Shown here: positions 29,711-41,378 of the stretch, piece by piece
How positions within the stretch are numbered: the stretch's first letter is position 1
Layout of the letters: each line of letters starts with the position of its first letter
Assembly (NCBI RefSeq): GCF_000485595.1
Contig: NW_014577065.1
Location: 986,938-1,050,937 of the forward strand
From: Priapulus caudatus
Taxonomy: Eukaryota
Direction: 5' to 3'
DNA length: 64,000 bases
Program-made: the position numbers and the translations under genes
Notes under the pieces: model-generated
The model's input: only the letters and a program-made list of their open reading frames with translations
Databases searched by the model: none
Told to the model about the DNA's origin: nothing

Positions 29711-30604
29711 AGGCTTCAAGTGTACGCGAGAGTCAGGTATCGTAGGGTTAAGGTACAGGAAGTAACAGTAAGATATAGAGAGAGTGTTAAGGAAACGTGC
29801 AACAAGCGCGGCTGCGGGAGCGGGTTAAGGCTAAGAGAGTAAGTAGCGAGTAAGAGAGATTGAGATGCAGGAAGAGAATTAAAGGAGAATAAACGAGAGC
29901 GAGATGAAAGGAGAGAGTTAAGACAGAGTAAGATAGAGGGAGAAGGGTTAAGGCAAACCACGTGAAATGGACGGAAATGGATACTGGGTTATACAGAATA
30001 TCGGAGGTTGGGGAACAAGACAGTTGGCGAGATAAAAACGAGATATAAAGGGAGCGCGAGACTTCGAAAGCCTGATTACAAGGGAGAGCGAAACTCGCCG
30101 GGAAAGAGAGCGAGGGTGAGCCATAAAGACAGAGATAGAGAGAGGGGGAGACGGGTGAGAAACAGACAGATAGAGAGAAGGAGAAACCGAGAATATTTCC
30201 TACCTGCCTTCTTATCGATATCGTTTTAAAAACACGCCGCCTTTGCCTATACGTCACCACCTGCTAGCCACACCTTCCCCGCCATGTCGTGCGTGCGCGG
30301 ATGCGATTTACCTGTGAGAGAACACACACCGGCGCGGCCTTCGGCACAAAATCCTCGACGCGAAAGATATGCCATCAATGGCGGACTTGTGCGCGCGCGA
30401 TAAGATGCTTTTCCAGTTCTCGTTAGCGACCTCTTGCTCCTAGCCGGTAATTTGTCGGCCTTTTGTTCTGCTGCAACTTTTGACAAGCTCTCACGACAAG
30501 CCATTGCATGACCTGTCATAACCGATTTTCGCAGCTCCCTTTCTCTCTGTGTCTGTATGTCTTTCTCTCCCCGCGCGCGAGTGTGTGTGCGTGTGCGCGC
30601 GCGC

Positions 30605-30665
<61 letters not shown>

Positions 30666-31811
30666 TCTGTGTGTGGATGTGAGTGCGTGTGTATCTGTAT
30701 GTGTGGGTGGGTATGTCTGTGTGTATACGTGTTGTCGTACTAGGATTACGGCACGTTCTATGAGGGTGCAGTGAGGATGCAAGCCCGCTGTATTCGTTGA
30801 GACTCACTCCTCACAATAGCTCGCCAACGATCTTTGTGAGACGGGCGCGCGTATATCATAGCAACACAATAAAATAAATATACAATAAAATTTATTGTAT
30901 AATAGTTTTGTGATCTTTTATGTGAACATTGCTCGAATTGCAGCTGCAGAAAGAAAGTCTTGTCCCTGTTTGTGTGTGTGTGCATGCGTGCGTGTGCGTT
31001 AATGTGTGCGTGCACGTGAATATGGACATGCGTACGTACGTATGTAGGTGCGTACATGCGTGTGTGTCTGTGTGTGAGTGTATATGCGCGTACGTGTGTG
31101 CGTGTGCGTACGAGGGTGCGTGCGTGTATTGAGAGCGTGTGTTATCGTGCCTGGCTGTGCGAGCGAGCTCGTGTGTGCGTGTATGTCGGGGAGGAGGAGG
31201 GTGCCCGTTTGTGTAAAGAACACAGACTCTTAGTCATCGCATTAGAATGGCTGTTAAGCGGGATTAAATCTGAAAGCGGAATGTTGCGAAGTAGGCGACT
31301 TCTTCATTAGCCACTCGGCACCTCTGTGTTCCGGTCACGACGTGCTAACCCGATTGTATGGCATACGCATCAGCTGTCAAACGCCATGCTAATGAACCTT
31401 CACCTCGTTCGTGCACACGTATAACACACCGAGTAATATTATAATCATAGTAATGACACTAATAAGTAATACGAGAGTAAAGCTAAATACGAGTATTGCT
31501 CGGCGCACTTCCGCGAATTATAAAATAGATTCTACGTCAACCTCTGCCGTGCTTGTCGGTTATAAGTAAATATATTATGAGCTTGAATATATAATTAGGT
31601 AAAGTGTTGAGTAACTGTAAGCAGGCGTGCGTGTACGGATGAAGCATTATCTCACCTCTGTCTACCGAACAATACTGTCTTCCATTTAAATGCCAACAAC
31701 ATATTCTAATTGCACATCTCGCATATTTGACTCAAACTCGCTGGCCTACCTGTGTATACAAACACGCGCACGCGCGCACGAACACGTGTATATAACGTAT
31801 ATCTGTCGCTC

Positions 31812-31856
<45 letters not shown>

Positions 31857-34558
31857 CTCTATCTATCTATCTCTCTCTTCCTCTTATATATATATATATA
31901 TGTAATCGAACGAAGAGCAGGATTGTCGGTAGTTAAATAAGGATATGTTACAGGCTTGAGTGGAACCCAGGGTCGCATAATATGTACACGTGTGGTTATA
32001 GCTATGCACCCTTGCACGGATTGCATCAGTGTTATTCCTACATTGCATGCTTCGCACGTACCTACCCGCTTGGACGCAGGGAGTGCGAACTTTGCTGCTA
32101 TGCTTTCTTTCTGCTCGAGGCCAACGTATCGTAGACATGATTCCTCGATAAAACTACAAACAAAGAGAAAACATCGGCAGCAGTAATAGGCTACGTCGCG
32201 CACGTTCGGGTCGCGTCACCCCACTGCGCGAGCATTGCCGCGACTTAGACGGTGCATTATGCATTTTTTATTTCAGTTTCCATATTTTATTGATGTCAGT
32301 CGTCGTCGAGTCCTGCCACGCGCGCGCCGCGCAGGCTGTGCCGTATCATAATTCAACACCGATCAGATTTATAAAGTACAGCTCAACGCGCCAAGTTTAA
32401 ATTTCTATCTTTCTTAACTCCTTTGTCAGAGCACAATAAAACCTTTTGGAGGACTCTGGGGGGAACGGGCTCGACTAAGCGCGCCGTGGCGACCCTCTTA
32501 GACTGTCACCCGTCGCTCGACGCCCCTGCGCGCGCCGTCGTGTTCGCCTGCCGCGCGCGTCCGTCTAGAATCGGCATGTAATAATTTATGCATCTACATT
32601 AGGACGAATATTTTATGAAAATGGCTACTGCGTCTCCGGTTTGGCGCGCACGATAATTAATTTTTGTTAAAGCCACACTCGTTCGGAGAAAATCCCATTT
32701 CGAGAGTCTCTCCGTGCACCTCGGGGACTTGCCTGCGGTGGCCCGTGCGCGCGGGGGTGGTGGGAGGAGGGTCGTGCACGCTGCTCTGTGCGTTGCCGCG
32801 GAAACCGCGGAGAGCCCGTGCGCGTACTCGCGGAACACCCCGCGCTTTTCGCGGTGCATCGCGGGATTGTTTTCGAGCCGCAGCGTGTACCCGGCCGACA
32901 ATAGCCACCGACGACTATTATAAAACTATTATCTAACTGCGACGCGCAGCATTGATTAAAGCCGAAGTCACTCCCCATTCGGCACTGTCAGCGCGTTTGG
33001 AGACGCTTTTATGATTAACGCGGTTTGACGAGTGAGTCTGAGACAGGTGGTTGTAGTTGTCATGCTATTTCGAAGGCCCCTATATAGCCGTTAATAATTA
33101 ATAAATGATCGATGACATTTGCATCGGTTGCGAGACGATTTTCCGAGGTAGAGCGGTATAAAAAAAAAGGTCATGATCTTCTTGAATGCCATGTCTACAA
33201 CGGCATATATTTGGTTATCAATTATGCTGCGTGCCGCATGACGGTGGAACAGCCGATGCTCCTACAATCCGTGAGCATAGGCGGGTTAAGCAGTGTATTT
33301 TTGTTATTTTTAAGCCACGAGCTGAGGAACCCAGTGGCAAACTCGGGATTTATTATGATGCAACCATTCGTTGTTATTGTTTTATCAAAAAAAAACCTGA
33401 CTGTTTGACTGTGAACACTAAACATTTCTTCAAAAAAATTACTTAAAAATTACCAAAATGCTTGGTTAGTAAAGAATAGAAGTGTTAGATGTAAAGTACT
33501 ACAGTGTCACAATTATAATCAAATGTCAACTAAACCATGTAGAAACACATGAAGTGTCGTTCTTAGTTTTCTATGCATTCATTTCAAGTTCAAAGAGAGA
33601 ACATTTGCGTTGTGTAAATTCGTGTGCGTATATATACGAATGCGCGTGCATGTGCGCGCCCGTGCATGTATAGCACTCGGTTAGGAAAATCAGATGTGTT
33701 AATTCTAGTTGCAATTAAGCTGATATGGGAGCATTAATTAATAATCTCAGGTTGTCTATAGTAGCTGCTAGCACCGTTCCTACTGATGTCATCTCCCCTC
33801 TCTCTGCTGTACGCGAACTGTAAACGTGCAGCGCCGCAGGCAGACATTTTCTTATTTGATTCACTGCACCATTGAAACTGAACTGTGAACTGACAGTGCA
33901 ACAGATCGGCTGACAGACGCACTATGGATGCCGGACTGCTAGAGGCTGAAAACCTCACAGGTGTGATGATTTCATTTAGCAACATGGCAGGCATTGTCAT
34001 AGAGACATTTATAGATCAATCTACGCGGCCTATTGTTAACAAACTGGCAATTTCACATACACATCGACGAGTCCAGTTACTCGCAGTATGCATATACGGT
34101 GTCACGGACACACGCGCACGCACGCACGAACGCATCTAAGTACGTAATAATATAGACATTAACAAGATTTCGGTCTATCGAGCTCATATTTCGACTTTAA
34201 TTTCTCTGCTCTGTTTCCATTAAATGGCGCCTGACCAAGGATAATGAAGAATTGAGTAATAATTTTATAATAAATATAGAATCATGTTTGACTATAAACC
34301 GAAGTCATGACCAAGGTGGCATCAACCCTCTTCCACCCTCCTGATCGCACCCACTGGGATATTTGGGGATCAGTTTAGTATTACCACAGGTCTTTTGTAA
34401 CACGTTTAAGCAAAGTTGGTTTATGCATATGTGGTATACCCTTACACGAGTTCACGCTAAGTCGTTTTCCTATTCGCGGTTAAATACGGTCGCACGCAAG
34501 GGCATTGCTTCGCAAATCAAGAATCTTGCGCTACCTTCTACGCTTGGCTGCCTATAGT

Positions 34559-34775
34559 ATTACCTACGTTTACCTACGCTTTCCTCCGCTTAGCTGAATG
34601 CGCCCACCTGCGCCCACCTGCACTTAGTGTACTTGAATGTTTTACCTACGCGTACCTACCCTCTCCTACGCTTACATTTGCCTATATGTGCTGTCCTGCG
34701 CTTACCTACACTTACCTACGTTTAGATGAGCTCACCTGCGCTTACTTGCGCTTGCCTGCGCTTACCTGTGCTTAC
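34559..34775 (+). repeat. Degenerate 10-bp minisatellite, consensus CTTACCTRCG
   Basis: Units such as cttacctaca, cttacctacg, ctcacctgcg and cttacctgtg sit in 10-bp register. Confidence 0.8.
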
Positions 34776-35471
34776 GGAACCAAGAAAGATCGACGTGCGG
34801 TCGACTGCGTATACGCCTCGCGCTAATGAATCGCATGTTGGAACTGCTTCATCTTTTCGGCGGCTGCCTCCGTAACACCTGCATTATTCCGCTGACACGA
34901 GCCGCAAGATGAGAATCGGAGATGCTCGCGGTGTTAGACTGACGCCGGGCGCCGCGGCGTGCTCGAGTTCCGCGCAGCTGTCGACGCGGGCGGCGACCGT
35001 CTATGCGCGGAAGCTGCTGTTTTTAATCAGAAAACAGCGGCCCGTGAGTACGGGCGTGTGAAATCAGACGCCGGGTGCTTATTATCGGCTGCCAGGGTGT
35101 TACGATGACCTATCTTCTCATTTGTCCGCGCGTGCACTCTCTCTGCTACCCGCGCCGCTCTCTTCTCTCCGGATTTTTCTTCCGTCCTCATCCCCACTTC
35201 TCCCCGCCGCCGTCGTCTTCTTTGTTATCGGCTTTCTGTTTTTCTCGCTATTGACTGCTCGGTGATTACGTGGCGTTATCGCGGGCGCCGCGTGTCCTGA
35301 TGTCGCAGCCTGTTATCGCCACGCTAATTCTCCCCGCGGCTGCTTCACCTGAGAAGGTAGGGGATCCACGCGGCCCTCGTGCCTGCTGCGGGTGACTCCA
35401 CGCTAAGTAGCCAATTGTCAGCTGCTGCTGCCTTCCTCCTTGTACGCCCTACTACGCGCGCGCGTGTATTT

Positions 35472-35519
<48 letters not shown>

Positions 35520-36152
35520 TGTGTTTGTGTCTTTGTGTGTGTGTACGTACGCACGCACGCACGCACGCACTCACGCACGCACGTATGACTGTATATGTGC
35601 GGGTATACGTACCTACCGCTATCGACTGCAGTTGCCACGACTCGTAGAGACCGGCACGTACCGCCCCGCTTTTTTCGGCGCACCTAATTAGGTGTGGGAG
35701 AAGGAGACGCTTCTGTGTGACGCGCGCGTGTGTCTGTGAGTGTGTGACTGTGTGTATGTGTTCGTGCGCGCGCGAAATGTTGGGCATTTTGTCAGCGGCT
35801 TCCAATTAGAGGGAATTTCGTGCGCGGATCCAATGATCACGTTCTTGACTCGTCGGCGAGAGAGCGAGAGAAAGAGAGATGTATCTCTGGAAAACGGGAT
35901 GTGTGCGTGCGCGCAGGTGTGTGCGTGTGCGCATGGTTCAGACAGAGAACGAGACGCACGCTGCATGTGCCAACGTATGTTCTTATGGTTGCGTGCGTGC
36001 GCGCGTGCGTGTGTCGGTATGTATGTGTACGATAGCGCGCGAGTGAGAGTTAGTAAATGTGTACAAGATTTCGAATGTTAGATGTGAAACTCGGCATGTA
36101 AATATACATGCATGTGAAGTAAATACGATTTGCATTTGTATATATATAAGCA

Positions 36153-36745
36153 TGGTGTTAGCTGGTGTAGGCTGGTGTTAGCTGGTATAGGTGGTATAGC
36201 GTGCGAGCTGTATAGCTGGTGTTAGCTGGTGTTAGCTAGTGTTAGCTGGTGTTAACTGGTATAGGTGGTGTAGCGTGCGAGCTGTATAGCTAGTGTTAGC
36301 TGGTATAGGTGGTATAGCTGTATAGCCGGTGTTAGCTGGTGTTAGTTGGTATAGGTGGTATAACGTGCGAGCTGTATAGCTGGTGTAAGCTGGTGTTAGC
36401 TAGTGTTAGCTGGTGTTAACTGGTATAGGTGGTATAGCGTGCGAGCTGTATAGCTGGTGTTAGCTGGTGTTAGCTGGCGTTAGCTGGTATAGGTGGTATA
36501 GCTGTATAGCTGGTGTTAGCTGGCGTTAGCTGGTATAGGTGGTATAGCTGTATAGCAGGTGCAAGCTGGTGTTAGCTGGTGATAGCTGGTATAACTGTAT
36601 AGCTGGTGTTAGCTGGTATAGGTGGTATAGCTGTATAGCTGGTGTTAGCTGGTCTTAGCTGGTGTTAGCTGGTATAGGTGGTATAGCTGTATAGCTGGTG
36701 TTAGCTGGTGTTAGCTGGTATAGGTGGTATAACTGTAGAGCTGGT
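36153..36745 (+). repeat. Minisatellite built from GCTGGTGTTA / GCTGGTATAG / GTGGTATA / GCTGTATA modules
   Basis: Directly visible modular tandem repeat. Confidence 0.93.
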
Positions 36746-38711
36746 TCAGTGGAGGCGCTATAAAATATATACGTCGACGTTTAAATAAAATAAATAAATT
36801 AAAATAAATTAATATTAAATCTTGAGCGTAATTTCGCGACCATCAGCAGTGACTGTCACTGCTTTACTGCACGCGCACGCGCATAGGTACGTTAGGAAGT
36901 GCGTCTAGTACTATCATGGGTTTATAATACATTCATACATAATATTTATACATAATAATTATTATTAGCTCTTGCCTCTTGGTGCTGTACATGGTAGCAG
37001 GAGTGAATGAAAACACGCTGTTTTCATTCGCTCCTGACGATATATATTATATATCATATATTACGTAAATATTACCCACATGGCACTGTTGGTAGTTTAC
37101 GTTCTCGCTATTATGTTTTTTTTCTAATTGGCGTTCGCGTCCTGTATGCTTTGAGCAAATTCCGTCTTTTATTCACGCGTCTTCCCTTTAGTGGCCGTCA
37201 TTACGGTCTTTGTGTCGCCCTTTCCTAGTCTCGTATTTCGTCGGGAATTCCTTAGATATCACGAGAAATTACGAAAGAGCTATTTAATGGCTGTAGAATA
37301 CCGTCATAATAATATAATTGATGTTGATTAGCTAATAACCTCTGTTTATTATACAATCACCTCTGCGCGTGTAAGGTTTCATTCGGAGTGGAATCCACTT
37401 TCCGTAAATGCGGGGGGAAGCTGCTATATAGATGCGCTGCTCTATGTTAGGCGCTCAGACGGCGTGCTCCAGATGCCGAAGAATGTTATCCGTGATGCGG
37501 CAACGGACCACGTAAGTGTCCCGAGCAATCTGACCCTCGTTCTATTCGGTGCTCGAGTCCCAGCTGGTCGTGGTCATCTACAGTTAATTACAGCGGATCA
37601 ATAATTGCACAGAACGCAAGGACGCAGGCGTATGGTCACACAGAGGAGCATTCGCAGTCGTCCGGGATAGATCCATTCAGGGTAAATAAACCGCCGCATA
37701 GACCCGAGTGTGCTAAGGCGTTGAAATGTAGACTCTTTTATGCTGTTTTTCGCCCTTCGTGTGTGAACCCCTACGTCTCACCTCCTACGTAGCTCCTCTC
37801 CTGCTAGCATCCTCATCCGGTGATCCAGCCTCTGTGCGGAGGAGGCGGCGTGGCGTGGCAGCTTTAACTGCCAACTAATTATTTGCTCAGCGTGGGAGGG
37901 GGGAGTCGAGACTGCGAGGAGAGCGCCATTGCTTCGGGGATGACCACTTAGCCAGTGCAAACACAAACACCAATTAGCGGGCCAGGAGTTCACACGAGGA
38001 CATGATCTGTGCACTCTATTGGCCACCCAGATGGCTCGCTGCGGCTACTCCGTGCCTGTGCGTGCGCGTGGCACAGACATGGCGTACACAGAGAGTGCCC
38101 GCGGGCGTGTTTACCCTTGAATTCTTTATCCGTGTACCGGGATCATTCGACGGTCGGTCCGATTTTATCGGATTTTACTCCGGGACTATTTTTATGACCA
38201 TTGCTCGAAATCCTACGGCCGTTATTATGAGTTATACACTCGCTATAGCACTTACACACTGACGGGAGTCGTGTACCATTCACCGGTCTGCGCGCATTTT
38301 GCTTCGCGTCGCACTCGATATTTTTAATGAAAATATCTCATTTAGTCGAGTGAAAGAACTGTCAGGACAGAGCGCACCGGGAAGAAATTGAAAAAGACCA
38401 TGTCGACTCTTGGCGCGCGAATGTGATTGAGACAGACGATAAGGGTGTCTCGAGATGTCGAGGTTGTTGCAAACTTTGATTCGATATCGGCCCCGTAGTC
38501 CAATTTGTCACGAAAATTTCGACATGCAAAGCCGTGCACGCGGAAAAGAAAAAGCGAGAGAGCGCGGGAAGAGCGAGAGATAGAGAGAACGAGATCGAAA
38601 AAGAAAAAGAGAGACAGAGAGAAAGAGAGAGATAAAAAAAGAGAAAGAGAAAGAGAAGAAAGAGAAAGAGAAAAGAAATATATTTTATTATATATATATG
38701 AGAGAGTAGAG

Positions 38712-38748
<37 letters not shown>

Positions 38749-38808
38749 TGATAGATGGATAGATGGATAGATAGACAGATCGATAGATAGATAGATAGAT
38801 AGATAGAC

Positions 38809-38849
<41 letters not shown>

Positions 38850-38857
38850 GATAGATG

Positions 38858-38889
<32 letters not shown>

Positions 38890-38923
38890 CGATAGATAAG
38901 ATAGATGGATAAATAGATAGATC

Positions 38924-39011
<88 letters not shown>
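38712..39011 (+). repeat. (GATA)n microsatellite
   Basis: Directly visible. It explains the IYLS-repeat ORFs. Confidence 0.95.
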
Positions 39012-39407
39012 GGAGAGCGATAGAGGGACATTTGTACCACCACAAGCTGTGTAGCTTGTTGTCTGCACACGACAACCTCGTTAAATCTAAGTAACTCGCT
39101 TCTCGACGTCTCGGTTGTTCGTTGCCGACGCATTCTCTTTCCATCCCTCCCTTCTCTCTCCCCCGCTTTCCCCTCCCTCTCTCTCTTTCTCCTTGTCTCT
39201 CTCGCCTGCTCACTAATTTCACTCTTTTGTGCTGTTTGTCTCGAGTATTGCTGAAGGCTCTCGATATAATCGTGGCCTGGCGTTAATGAAGAATGAATGT
39301 TTTTCGTCGAACTTTCGTCGATGTTTTTCGCAGGTTAACTGAAGGTGGTTGCCATGATACGCTGCTGGCGATGCATGCGCTCTCTGCCTCGCTCGAAATC
39401 GCGTTCG

Positions 39408-39727
39408 CCGCTAGAGGTCGCCGCTATTTCCTCGTCGGAAAAATGACATTTTTCGCCAAAGATCGCCGCTATTTCCTCGTCGCCAAGGTGACCTCCAGTA
39501 GAGGTGGCCGCTATTTTCTCGTCGGCAAGGTGACCTCTACCAGAGGTCGCCGCTATTTCTTCGTCGGCAAGGTGACCTCCAGTAGAGGTGGCCGCTATTT
39601 TCTCATCGGCAAGGTGACCTCCACCAGAGGTCGCCGCTATTTCCTCGTCGCCAGGGTGACCTCCACCAGAGGTCGCCGCATTTCCTCGTCGCCAGGGGAC
39701 TCCCCAGAGTCCCGTATTCCTCGTCGC
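39408..39727 (+). repeat. 42-bp GC-rich minisatellite, about 7-8 units
   Basis: The unit CCACCAGAGGTCGCCGCTATTTCCTCGTCGGCAAGGTGACCT recurs at 39495, 39537, 39579, 39621 and 39663, with degenerate units on either side. Confidence 0.95.
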
Positions 39728-39890
39728 ATCCGGGCACGTTTGCGAGTGAGTCGCGATCCGACGCGGGAATTGACTGTGCGTGAGTCTCTCTTCCATCCTC
39801 GCCTTCCCCCGAGAGTCGGCTCCCTGTGCTATCCTTCTCCTCCCCTCCCCGCCGCTCGCCCCTCCTCGGCTGCGCGCGGCAATTACTTAT

Positions 39891-40752
39891 ATATTAATGC
39901 CTGTTGTTGGGGGCACTATGCTCATAGTGTTGCCGAGGAAGGAATAGTGCCCGAGCGGTAGCGAGGCCACTATTCTTCCCAAAGCAACACTATGACAGCA
40001 TAGTGCCCCAACAACAGGCATTAATGTTTTTAGTGCATCACATGACTATGCAATCTACTTTTCATGCTTATATACCTTCTTATACTCCCTAATTTGCCGG
40101 TGCATTCGATGTAACAAAACGCTCGACACAAACACAATCGCCATTAATTCGAAACTCTTGCGTGGCGCCCAGACGCAGGAGATTCGTGACGTAAACACAA
40201 TGCGTTATAATAACAATCGCGTCGCGCAGAAATAGTGCCGCCTGCGCTTTGCATAGTGCCTGCGACGTTATCCAATAGAATTCAACGATTTATCACGTGA
40301 TGCACTAATTAATATTAATGCCTGCTGTTGGGACTATGCTCTCAAGTGTTGCTGAGGGAAGGAATAGTGCCGCGAGGCGGTAAGCGAGGGCACTATTCCT
40401 TCCCAAAGCAACACTATGAGAGCATAGGTGCCCCCAAACAGCAGGCATTAATGTTTTAGTGGGCATCACATGACTATGCATGCTACTTTTCATGCGTATA
40501 TACCTTCTTTATACTCCCTAATTTGCGGTGCATTCGATGTAACAAAAAGCGCTCGACACAAACACAATCGCCATTAATTCCAAAATCTTGCGTGGCGCCC
40601 AGACGCAGGAGATTCGTGACGTAAACACAGATGCGTTATAATAACAATGCGTCGCGCAAGCGATAGTGCCCGCTAAGGCGGGCACTATCTCTTCATAATG
40701 CCTGCTGCGTTATCCATGGATATTGCAGCGATTCATCACGTCATGCACTAAT
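39891..40752. mobile_element. Two tandem ~421-bp copies of a palindromic non-autonomous element
   Basis: Units start ATATTAATGCCTG at 39891 and 40312. Each opens with a ~130-bp imperfect palindrome and ends ATCACGT.ATGCACTAAT. Confidence 0.75.
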
Positions 40753-40844
40753 ACCTATACTGTGCGAACCTCACGTAATATCGCAATAATTTGCAAGCAA
40801 AGCTCGAGGATCGAATGTGAGTGCTGCCAGAGACTAGCAACAGC

Positions 40845-40890
40845 AGTGGTAATAGAAGTAGTAATAGTAGTGGGTAGTGGTAGTAGTAGT

Positions 40891-40937
<47 letters not shown>

Positions 40938-41040
40938 AGTAGTAGTAATAGTAGGTAGTTGATATATAGTAGTAGTAGTAGTAGTAGTATAGTAGTGTAG
41001 TAGTAGTAAGTTAGTAGTAGTAGTAGTAGTAGTAGTAGTT

Positions 41041-41077
<37 letters not shown>

Positions 41078-41304
41078 ATTCGTATTAGTATTAGTAGTAG
41101 TTGTAGTAGAAGTAGTACTGCTATACTGCTGCTGGCCGCCGCCGCCGCTGCTGCGCTGCCGCTGCCGCCGCCGCCGGCTGGCTGCTGTTGCTGTTGCTAC
41201 TGCCGCTGCTGCTGCTGTCGCCGCCGCCGCTGCTGCTGCTGCTGTTACCGCCAGCGGTGTTGCTGCTGCTGCTGCTACTGGGCCGCCGCCACCACCACCG
41301 CTGC

Positions 41305-41337
<33 letters not shown>

Positions 41338-41378
41338 TGCCACTGCAACTGCCGCCGCTGCTGCTGCTGCTGCGCCGC
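40845..41378 (+). repeat. (TAG)n-(TTG)n followed by (CTG/CCG)n
   Basis: Directly visible. Confidence 0.93.

Noticed and set aside
39408..39727. CRISPR-like array
   Set aside because: Units are contiguous near-identical repeats with no unique spacers, there are no cas genes, and the context is eukaryotic.
39293..39961. 222-aa ORF with RRYFLVGKVTSTRG repeats
   Set aside because: A 42-bp stop-free unit stays in frame automatically, and the opposite strand is open too. The ORF also runs into the palindromic element.
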